In this document: positions 55,251 through 62,789 of the stretch, piece after piece
Numbering within the stretch: the stretch's first letter is position 1
How the letters are laid out: each line of letters begins with the position of its first letter
DNA from: an uncultured Clostridia bacterium
Lineage (GTDB): Bacteria; Bacillota; Clostridia; Oscillospirales; Ruminococcaceae
Assembly (NCBI GenBank): GCA_937891895.1
Contig: CALATN010000218.1
Span: 7,081 to 71,080 of the forward strand
Direction of reading: 5' to 3'
Length of the DNA: 64,000 nt
The notes under the pieces: model-generated
Told to the model about the DNA's origin: nothing
Databases searched by the model: none
Seen by the model: the letters and a program-made list of their open reading frames with translations, nothing else
Position numbers and translations under genes: made by a program

Positions 55251-56015
55251 GTGGCTGATACAGATAAGGAAGCAAGGGCATTACTATTGCTTAAATACAA
55301 GGAAACAGGCGACAAGGCTCTCCGAAACGGTGTAATTCTTGCGTATATGAGCATTGTCAAGTATGCCGCTATGTCTACACGAAATATGTATCTCAAGTTT
55401 GCCGAAACAGATGATATCATCAATGAGGCAACGCTTGCGCTGATGAGTGCGATTGACAGCTTTGACCCTGCAAAGGGAGTAAAGTTCGAAACCTATGCTT
55501 CAATTAAGGTAAGAGGTGCAATTATCGACTTTATCAGACGTCAGGATTTTGTCCCGAGAAATATAAGACGATTTGCAAAGGAATACGATGCCGCTTACTC
55601 AATTCTTTACAGTGAGCTTGACCGCGAGCCGACTGCACAGGAAATTGCCGACTATATGAAGCTTCCCGTTGAAAAGCTGGAAAGCTGCACTGCTCAGGCT
55701 GCTGCTGCACAGACCTTTTCTTTTGAGGAAATGGTTATGGAAGGCGGATTTGATATTCCCGACAAGGCTGACGAGGACGGAATGTGGTCTGCTGAGGCAG
55801 GCTTGCACCGAAAGGAAAAGATGAAGTATCTTGCAGATGCGATACGTTCCCTGAAAGAAAGAGAAAGGCTTGTCATAACACTTTATTACTACGAAAGGCT
55901 GAGATTTGCAGATATCGGAAAGGTTCTTGACGTTTCCGAAAGCCGTGTTTGTCAGATTCATTCACAGGCTGTTGTAAAGATGAAAAAATATCTGATGGAT
56001 AATTTTGTGAACTAA
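55251..56015 (+). CDS. fliA: flagellar sigma factor (FliA/SigD, sigma-28 family)
   Basis: GTG 55251 sits 6 nt after GGAGGTG (the ORF is open from TTG 55218). Region 2 is KFETYASIKVRGAIIDFIR. Region 4.2 is LRFADIGKVLDVSESRVCQIHSQAV. Confidence 0.85.
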   Translation: MADTDKEARALLLLKYKETGDKALRNGVILAYMSIVKYAAMSTRNMYLKFAETDDIINEATLALMSAIDSFDPAKGVKFETYASIKVRGAIIDFIRRQDFVPRNIRRFAKEYDAAYSILYSELDREPTAQEIADYMKLPVEKLESCTAQAAAAQTFSFEEMVMEGGFDIPDKADEDGMWSAEAGLHRKEKMKYLADAIRSLKERERLVITLYYYERLRFADIGKVLDVSESRVCQIHSQAVVKMKKYLMDNFVN

Positions 56016-56026
56016 GGAGGAAATTT

Positions 56027-56782
56027 ATGCTCAGAGGTTACTACACCGCCGCTAACGGTATGATTAACGAGCAGAGAATTCTCAACGTTATTACGAATAA
56101 TATGGCCAACGCAAAGACTGCAGGTTACAAGTCCGATGAGGCTATCCCTACAACCTTTGCTGAGGAGCTTCTTCTTATAAATGGCAATCACAGCGATACG
56201 GGAACAATCCGCTACCGCACAATCAATCATACATTCACAGACCTTGAACAGGGTACTTTTGAAAATACAGGCTCACGTCTTGATATGGCTATCGTGGGCA
56301 ATGTTTATTTCAACATAGAAGACCGCCGCACAGGAGAAACTCTCCTTAGCAGAAATGGTCAGTTCACCATAAACGGCGAGGGTTACCTTACACTCGGTTC
56401 AAGCGGCTACGTTCTTGACGGCAACGGTCAGCGCATTCAGCTTGGTACTGCTGATTTCAAGGTTGACCGTTTCGGCACGATTACCGTTGATGACGGACGT
56501 GTGTTTGACCTCGGTTTAACTTATATCGCAGCAGGTACGGATATTGAAAAGGTTGACGATAATCTTATGCGTCCTTATGATGGAACTGCTTTGAATGCTG
56601 TTCCCGCTGACGAAAATTACGAAATCAAGCAGGGCTGGTATGAGCGTTCAAATGTAGACGTTGCCGAAGAAACTATAAAGGCAATGGACTCGCAGCACGT
56701 TTTCACAGCTTGCAGCACGGCTCTTAAAATAATCAACAGCGTAAATCAGGTTGCAGCAAACGATCTGTCAAGAGTAAACTAA
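56027..56782 (+). CDS. flagellar basal-body rod protein (FlgF/FlgG family)
   Basis: MLRGYYTAANGMINEQRILNVITNNMANAKTAGYK. 251 aa. Confidence 0.8.
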   Translation: MLRGYYTAANGMINEQRILNVITNNMANAKTAGYKSDEAIPTTFAEELLLINGNHSDTGTIRYRTINHTFTDLEQGTFENTGSRLDMAIVGNVYFNIEDRRTGETLLSRNGQFTINGEGYLTLGSSGYVLDGNGQRIQLGTADFKVDRFGTITVDDGRVFDLGLTYIAAGTDIEKVDDNLMRPYDGTALNAVPADENYEIKQGWYERSNVDVAEETIKAMDSQHVFTACSTALKIINSVNQVAANDLSRVN

Positions 56783-56799
56783 GGAAAGGGGAAGCTTAA

Positions 56800-57537
56800 A
56801 TGAGTAAAATCGGTTACCACACCGCCGCATCAGGCGTTATGGCGTATCAGATGGCGCTTGACGTTACGGCAAACAATATGGCAAACGTGAACACAAACGG
56901 TTTCAAGGCTTCAAGACCTTCCTTCGCTGATTTGCTTTATACGGAAAGAAATAACGAGAACGAGGAAACTCAGTTCGGTCACGGCGTAAAGGTGCAGAAA
57001 ACAGATATGATGTTTGAGCAGTCCACCCTGAGAAGCACCAACAGAGAGCTTGATTTTGCGGCTCTCGATGAAGGCTTTTTCGCTGTGCTTACACCTGAGG
57101 GAAATGTCAACTATACAAAGGACGGTGCTTTCTACATCTCACGTCAGGACGAGGCTTCACCATGGGAGCTTGTAAATGAGTTCGGTGCTTATGTTCTCGA
57201 TTATGAGGGCAACCGTATTCAGGTTCCTTTTATTGAGGGCACGGAAAACGACATTGATGCAACTGCTCTTTACAATATGGTGGGCATCTATACTTTTGAA
57301 AACCCATACGGACTTGACCAGATAGGCAACAACTACTTCCAGGCCAATGCTTCCAGCGGACCTGCCGCTGCAAACACAGATGCAGGTAAAAAGCAGTATT
57401 ACCTTGAGGCTTCTTCTACAAACGTTGCAAACGAAATGTCAAAGGTAATCGAATTCCAGCGTGCATTCCAGCTTAATATCAATATGGTCAAGACACATGA
57501 CCAGCTTGAAAATATTGTAAACAATCTGAGAAATTAA
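56800..57537 (+). CDS. flgG: flagellar basal-body rod protein (FlgG family)
   Basis: AASGVMAYQMALDVTANNMANVNTNGFKASR, C-terminal SSTNVANEMSKVIEFQRAFQLNINMVKTHDQL. Confidence 0.8.
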   Translation: MSKIGYHTAASGVMAYQMALDVTANNMANVNTNGFKASRPSFADLLYTERNNENEETQFGHGVKVQKTDMMFEQSTLRSTNRELDFAALDEGFFAVLTPEGNVNYTKDGAFYISRQDEASPWELVNEFGAYVLDYEGNRIQVPFIEGTENDIDATALYNMVGIYTFENPYGLDQIGNNYFQANASSGPAAANTDAGKKQYYLEASSTNVANEMSKVIEFQRAFQLNINMVKTHDQLENIVNNLRN

Positions 57538-57567
57538 CCCCTATTTTAATTCAGGAGGATTAACATA

Positions 57568-58191
57568 ATGGCAATTCAGAACGTTGAGCAGCTTCAGGAT
57601 ATGCATCTTGACGTGCTCAAGGAAATAGGAAACATCGGCTCAGGTAATGCCGCAAGTGCTTTGTCAGAGCTTATTCAGTGCAATACGGATATTACTGTAC
57701 CATCTGTAAAAATGCTTGATTTTTCCGAGGCAGTAAACTTCCTCGGCGGACCTGAAAATGTTGCAATCGGTATGCTTGTTGGCATCAAGGGCGATATCAC
57801 AGGTATGATGCTGTATATTCTTCAGCATTCTTTCGCAAGCAAGCTTACAAGCACACTTTTCGGAAGCGAAATTGAAGACCTTACCAATATGAATGAAATG
57901 GAAACTTCATTTATTTCCGAGGTAGGCAACATTATGGCTGCTTCATACGTAAATGCGCTTTCACAGCTCACAGGTATGATGATTGATATTTCCGTGCCGA
58001 ATATGACAGTAGATATGGTCGGAGCAATCCTCAGTGTTCCTGCTGTAGAATTTGCACAGGTAGGCAACAAGGTTCTCTTTATCGACGATGGTTTTGTAAT
58101 CGGTGACGGCGAAATCAAGAGCAATATGATACTTGTTCCCGAAATGCAGTCCCTCGAAACGCTTTTCACAAGACTGGGAGTGAGTATATAA
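57568..58191 (+). CDS. cheC: chemotaxis protein CheC (CheY-P phosphatase)
   Basis: DVLKEIGNIGSGNAASALSE and SFISEVGNIMAASYVNALSQ repeats. 207 aa, followed by cheD. Confidence 0.85.
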   Translation: MAIQNVEQLQDMHLDVLKEIGNIGSGNAASALSELIQCNTDITVPSVKMLDFSEAVNFLGGPENVAIGMLVGIKGDITGMMLYILQHSFASKLTSTLFGSEIEDLTNMNEMETSFISEVGNIMAASYVNALSQLTGMMIDISVPNMTVDMVGAILSVPAVEFAQVGNKVLFIDDGFVIGDGEIKSNMILVPEMQSLETLFTRLGVSI

Positions 58192-58671
58192 ATGGCTAAT
58201 GTAACAGTCGGAATTGCCGACCTCAACGTCGTAAAGGCTCCCGATTCGCTTATTACCTATGCTCTTGGTTCCTGCGTGGGAATCTGCCTTTATGACCCGG
58301 AAAAGAAAATTGCCGGAATGGCACATATTATGCTCCCTTTAAGTAAAGAGGCCGTGCAGGGCGTTGACAACAAGCGCCGCTATGCCGATACAGGAATTAT
58401 GGAGCTTATTCAGGATATGAATTTGCAGGGCGCATCAACAACCCGTCTTGTTGCAAAAATTGCAGGCGGTGCGCAGATGTTCAGCGTTAACTCTGCCGTA
58501 TTTAACATCGGTGAAAGAAATGTTGCCGCTGTAAAGAAAATTCTTGCCGCATATAGAATAAGAATTGTTGCCGAGGAAACAGGACAGAACTTCGGACGTA
58601 CTGTGCTTTTCCACGCTGACACAGGTATGATGGAAGTCCGTGCCGCAACAAGGGAAACAAAGTTTGTTTGA
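58192..58671 (+). CDS. cheD: chemoreceptor glutamine deamidase CheD
   Basis: LITYALGSCVGICLYDPEKKIAGMAHIMLP, IGERNV. Confidence 0.88.
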   Translation: MANVTVGIADLNVVKAPDSLITYALGSCVGICLYDPEKKIAGMAHIMLPLSKEAVQGVDNKRRYADTGIMELIQDMNLQGASTTRLVAKIAGGAQMFSVNSAVFNIGERNVAAVKKILAAYRIRIVAEETGQNFGRTVLFHADTGMMEVRAATRETKFV

Positions 58672-58733
58672 TATATGCAACGAATTGTATAATTTCTTGC
58701 AAATAATACAGATAGTAAAATATGTAGAAATAG

Positions 58734-58785
58734 AAAAAGCCACACCCGATAGGATTACTGTGTCCTGTCGGGTGTGGTGTTTTAT
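58734..58785. terminator. bidirectional terminator shared by cheD (+) and the XRE gene (-)
   Basis: 14-bp stem CCACACCCGATAGG / CCTGTCGGGTGTGG, flanked by an A-run upstream and a T-run downstream. Confidence 0.8.
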
Positions 58786-58789
58786 TTGA

Positions 58790-59227
58790 TTATCTTTCTT
58801 TGAAATACAGATAATATTGTACCGTGGCACAAAAGGATAACATTGCACATGTAGATATTGAAATAAGAAATTGAATATCGTTATTGCTTAAAGATATGGA
58901 TATGCACGAACAAATGATAGCTATGGTAAATCCGATTGCGGCATATAGATGATAAATCTTCTTTTTGAATTTTACTTTAGATATCTGTTCATTTTTTTCT
59001 TTCACAACCGGCATATCTTCATCACTCTGATAATTATCGTGAATGAGATAATCAGCCGACACGCCGAACAAATCGCAAAGCCCCAGCAGATTAATCATAT
59101 CGGGAGTGGAGTCGCCCGCTTCCCAGCGTGATACCGCCTGCCTTGAAACTCCGAGTTCCTCTGCAAGCTGTTCCTGGGTCAGATTGCGGGATTTTCTTAA
59201 TTGAACCAGCTTTTCACGAAAAATCAT
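58790..59227 (-). CDS. XRE-family helix-turn-helix regulator with C-terminal transmembrane segments
   Basis: FREKLVQLRKSRNLTQEQLAEELGVSRQAVSRWEAG. The C-terminal half is hydrophobic (two TM helices). Confidence 0.8.
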   Translation of the reverse strand: MIFREKLVQLRKSRNLTQEQLAEELGVSRQAVSRWEAGDSTPDMINLLGLCDLFGVSADYLIHDNYQSDEDMPVVKEKNEQISKVKFKKKIYHLYAAIGFTIAIICSCISISLSNNDIQFLISISTCAMLSFCATVQYYLYFKER

Positions 59228-59327
59228 AATGTTCCTCCTGTTGTTTTACTGTACTTACATTATATCCGATATGCCGAAAAAAGTCTACCACATAAACTTT
59301 ACATCCGCGCAATTGAATGTAACATGG

Positions 59328-59365
59328 CAAAAAATCAAGGTCACCACTTAATTGAGGTGACCTTG
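59328..59365 (-). terminator. intrinsic terminator of glgP
   Basis: On the - strand: CAAGGTCACC-loop-GGTGACCTTG followed by ATTTTTT. Confidence 0.8.
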
Positions 59366-59374
59366 TAGTTTTTA

Positions 59375-61729
59375 TTAAAGCTTCCAGAGTTCCTCAGCGT
59401 ACTGCTTGACAGTTCTGTCAGAGGAGAACTTGCCGCTTGTAGCAATGTTCATCCAGCACTTCTTGGAGAACATTTCACGGTTCTTGTAATCGTAAAGCGC
59501 ACGAAGCTTGGTGTCAACGTAACCCTCAAGGTCAGTCAGCAGGAAGTAGTGGTCAGGCTTGTGCCAGCTTGTGCCGTTGATGAGTGCGTTGTAAAGCTCG
59601 CCGAACATACCTGTGTCGCCGTCGTTGAATGTGCCGTCAACAAGTGTGTTGATAACTCTCTTAACACGCTCGTTGGTGTAGTAAATCTTTTCCTTTGGAC
59701 GGTAGGTTGGCTTAATCTTTTCGATTTCCTCAACTCTTGCGCCGAAGATATATTCGTTTTCCCAGCCTGCTTCTTCAACAATTTCAACGTTTGCGCCGTC
59801 ATAAGTGCCGAGTGTAACAGCACCGTTCAGCATAAACTTCATATTGCCTGTACCCGAAGCTTCAAGACCTGCTGTGGAAATCTGTTCGGAAATATCAGCA
59901 GCAGGAATAAGCTTTTCAGCGTAGGAAACGTTGTAGTTCTGAACAAAGAGAACTTTAAGCTTATCCTTTGTGTCAGGGTCGTTGTTAACAAGCTTTGCAA
60001 CCTCGTTGATATACTTGATGATACCCTTTGCACGGCGGTATGCAGGAGCAGCCTTTGCACCGAAAATAAAGCAGGTAGGCTGGAGATCAGGGAGCTTGTT
60101 CTCCTTGATCTGGAAGTAAAGGTCAACGATAGAGAACGCATTGAGAAGCTGACGCTTGTATTCGTGCAGACGCTTTACCTGAATGTCAAATGCCCAATCA
60201 GGACTAAGTTCAACGCCCTCGTGCTTCTTGATGTATTCGCAAAGCTGAACCTTCTTTTCACGCTTGATGTCCATAAAACGCTTGATTGTTGCACCGTCAT
60301 CAACAAACTTCTTCAGCTCAGCAAGCTTGTCAAGCTCAGTCTGCCAGCCGTCACCGATTTTTTCAGTGATAAGTGAGGAAAGCTCAGGGTTGCAAAGACC
60401 AATCCAGCGACGTGGTGTGATACCGTTAGTCTTGTTCTGGAAACGTTCAGGGTAGATTTCGTACCAATCCTTGAGAACATCATTCTTGAGAATGTCGGTG
60501 TGAAGCTGAGCTACACCGTTGATGTATGTGGAAGCGAAGATAGCCATTCTTGCCATGTGGATACGGTCACCGTCAAAAATACGTTTAGCTTCAATCTGCG
60601 CATCAGTCTGACCGATAGAGCGAAGGTGCTTTTCAAGGTGCTTGTCAATCATAAGCACGATTTCGTAAATTGTCGGAACAACGCTCTTGAACAGGTCAGC
60701 GCCCCACTTTTCAAGCGCCTCGCCGAGAACGGTGTGGTTTGTGTAGTTGCAGGTCTTCTGTACGATTGCAAATGCTTCAGTGAAGGACATACCTTCCTTG
60801 AACATAAAAATTCTGATAAGCTCAGGGATAGCAATTGTCGGATGAGTATCGTTAAGCTGAATAGCGTACATATCAGCAAACTTGGAGAAATCATCGCCGT
60901 GTGCTTTCTTGTAGCGGCGGATAATATCCTGAATTGAAGCTGACACGAAGAAATACTGCTGCTTCAGACGCAGACGCAGACCCTTTTCAGTGTTGTCGTT
61001 AGGGTAGAGTACGTTGGAAATAGCGTCAGCAAGAATTGTGCTTTCGCTTGCGCCAAGGTAATCCTGATTGTCGAACTTGCCGAAATCAAAGCCACGGAGG
61101 GATTCGCTCTGCCAAAGGCGGAGAGTGTTGATGGACTTCTTATTGTAGCCGATAATCGGAATATCGTATGGTACAGCCATTACAGACTGGTCAGCAAAAT
61201 CAACTCTTACAGCATCATTTTCAGCACGCACGCTCCAAGCGTCGCCGTAATCAAGCCAAGCGTCAGCACTTTCCTGCTGGAAGCCGTTGCCGATGGACTG
61301 CTTGAAAAGACCGTACTTGTAGCGGATACCGTAGCCGTTGAGCGGAATATCGTGGGAAGCAGCGGAGTCAAGGAAACAAGCGGCAAGTCTGCCAAGACCG
61401 CCGTTACCGAGAGCAGCGTCCTCGATTTCTTCAAGACAGTTGATGTCAACGCCCTGCTCAGCAAGGATTTCCTTAGCTTCGTCAAGAAGACCTGCACAGT
61501 AAAGGTTGTTGAAAACCGCACGTCCCATAAGGAATTCAGCGGAAAGGTAGTAAGCACGGCGCTTTGAGTTGTGGCGCTCCTCGGAAGCATCCCAGTCAGG
61601 GATAATTTCGCTCATAACCGCACGGGAGAGTGCGTTGTGAAGCTGCTTCGGAGTAGCATTTTTGATGTCAGTACGTCCGTCAATGCGAAGGTTTTCGTTT
61701 ATTTTTGCGATAAACTGTTCTTTATTCAT
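59375..61729 (-). CDS. glgP: glycogen/alpha-glucan phosphorylase
   Basis: LGNGGLGRLAACFLDS, PLP-site EASGTGNMKFMLNGA. ATG 61729 (MNKEQFIAK...) with an AAAGGA RBS is preferred to the upstream in-frame ATG 61786. Confidence 0.9.
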   Translation of the reverse strand: MNKEQFIAKINENLRIDGRTDIKNATPKQLHNALSRAVMSEIIPDWDASEERHNSKRRAYYLSAEFLMGRAVFNNLYCAGLLDEAKEILAEQGVDINCLEEIEDAALGNGGLGRLAACFLDSAASHDIPLNGYGIRYKYGLFKQSIGNGFQQESADAWLDYGDAWSVRAENDAVRVDFADQSVMAVPYDIPIIGYNKKSINTLRLWQSESLRGFDFGKFDNQDYLGASESTILADAISNVLYPNDNTEKGLRLRLKQQYFFVSASIQDIIRRYKKAHGDDFSKFADMYAIQLNDTHPTIAIPELIRIFMFKEGMSFTEAFAIVQKTCNYTNHTVLGEALEKWGADLFKSVVPTIYEIVLMIDKHLEKHLRSIGQTDAQIEAKRIFDGDRIHMARMAIFASTYINGVAQLHTDILKNDVLKDWYEIYPERFQNKTNGITPRRWIGLCNPELSSLITEKIGDGWQTELDKLAELKKFVDDGATIKRFMDIKREKKVQLCEYIKKHEGVELSPDWAFDIQVKRLHEYKRQLLNAFSIVDLYFQIKENKLPDLQPTCFIFGAKAAPAYRRAKGIIKYINEVAKLVNNDPDTKDKLKVLFVQNYNVSYAEKLIPAADISEQISTAGLEASGTGNMKFMLNGAVTLGTYDGANVEIVEEAGWENEYIFGARVEEIEKIKPTYRPKEKIYYTNERVKRVINTLVDGTFNDGDTGMFGELYNALINGTSWHKPDHYFLLTDLEGYVDTKLRALYDYKNREMFSKKCWMNIATSGKFSSDRTVKQYAEELWKL

Positions 61730-61788
61730 TATAAATTCGTCCTTTCTTGGATTTGAAACCGCCTTTTTCAAGGCAATAAACCTCACTT

Positions 61789-61817
61789 ATTGTAACATAT
61801 TTTTTTATTTCTTGCAA
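61789..61817 (-). promoter_or_regulatory. sigma-A type promoter of glgP (TTGCAA-17-TACAAT on - strand)
   Basis: -35 at 61812-61817 and -10 at 61789-61794 (reverse complement). Confidence 0.5.
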
Positions 61818-61851
61818 CTATTTTGTGCAATAATTACGCAGAATAAACATT

Positions 61852-61880
61852 TTGATAATTTAAAGTTTATAAATTATAAT
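61852..61880 (+). promoter_or_regulatory. sigma-A type promoter (TTGATA-17-TATAAT), divergent from glgP promoter
   Basis: -35 at 61852-61857 and -10 at 61875-61880, with a 17-nt spacer. Confidence 0.55.
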
Positions 61881-61886
61881 TTAGCG

Positions 61887-62207
61887 GGGAGAGTGTGGAG
61901 ACCTATTGAGGGAGACCCTTTTGAAAAAGGGTCATCCCTCAAACTCCCTCCCTAAAACTTCTAATGTAATTTTCTATATGGGGCTTTAGCCCCATATAGA
62001 AAATTAGACTAAAAGTCTTTGGAAAGGGGTCTGGGGAATAACCTTTCCTCAGAAAGGTTTTCCCCAGTAAGTTCCCGCACCCTCCCCGTTAAATTCCAAT
62101 TTGTACAATAGTTGCACATCTCATTTGTAGGTTGCTACAAAACTTCAGAAAACCCAAAAATATTTTTCCGAAAGTTGCACGTTCGCGTGCAACTTTTTTG
62201 TTTTTTC
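61887..62207 (+). ncRNA. candidate ~320-nt structured RNA / leader (closed multi-helix domain plus UUCG-loop terminator)
   Basis: Closing helix 61885-61891 with 62082-62088. Internal hairpins at 61906-61942, 61968-62005, 62006-62018 and 62031-62067. Terminator at 62171-62207. No ORF with an RBS. Confidence 0.35.
62171..62207 (+). terminator. intrinsic terminator (11-bp stem, TTCG loop, long T-run)
   Basis: AAAGTTGCACG-TTCG-CGTGCAACTTT followed by TTTGTTTTTT. Confidence 0.85.
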
Positions 62208-62261
62208 AGCCTTTTTGTGTAGGGCGAACGCAAAGGTGCCCTGCGGAAAGGGGGTGAACGT

Positions 62262-62768
62262 GTGCAGAATCTCACTAAGGCACAGAAAAAGTTCTTGTAC
62301 CATTTCTTCAGAAGCAGGAATGTTGAAGAGGCTTCCGCCGCCTGCGGCTTTTCTCACGACTCCGCTTATGAGGAGGGTATGAAAATTCTTTCTCACCCTC
62401 AGGCATTCGGGTTTCTTGCTTCTATGGCTGTTACGATGAAGAAGGCTTCGTGCAGTACGGTTGAGGACGCTCTCGAAAGGCTTATCAACGGCAGGATAAA
62501 CGATGCGGTTATTCTTGCTGAAACGAGTCAGGAGGAGCTTACCGAAGCGGATATAAGAAAGCTTGACCTTTATAATGTGTCGGAATTCAAAATCGGCAAG
62601 GGTGTCTGCGAAATCAAGTTTGCAGACAGGCTCAAGGCCATTGAAAAGCTGAACGAAATCCGCACGGGCAAGGCTGTTGATGACCTTGCACAGAGCTTCT
62701 TTGACGCAATCGGCAAGGCTGCCGATAGTACGGTTGCCGAAAGTACAGCTGCCGAAAATGAAAATTAA
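62262..62768 (+). CDS. phage terminase small subunit
   Basis: GTG start after AAGGGGGTG. N-terminal HTH-like QKKFLYHFFRSRNVEEASAACGFSHDSAYEEGMKIL. Located immediately upstream of the terminase large subunit. Confidence 0.7.
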   Translation: MQNLTKAQKKFLYHFFRSRNVEEASAACGFSHDSAYEEGMKILSHPQAFGFLASMAVTMKKASCSTVEDALERLINGRINDAVILAETSQEELTEADIRKLDLYNVSEFKIGKGVCEIKFADRLKAIEKLNEIRTGKAVDDLAQSFFDAIGKAADSTVAESTAAENEN

Positions 62769-62789
62769 CACGGAACGGAGGTCGGTTGT

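Noticed and set aside
61885-62088. tmRNA, tRNA, RNase P RNA, SRP RNA or 6S RNA
   Set aside because: There is no GTTCRANYC T-loop, no acceptor/CCA-type end, no tag ORF, no RNase P GGAAAGTCC-type core, and no SRP GGAA/AGCA domain IV motif. The architecture of several independent perfect hairpins does not match the single long interrupted helix of 6S RNA.
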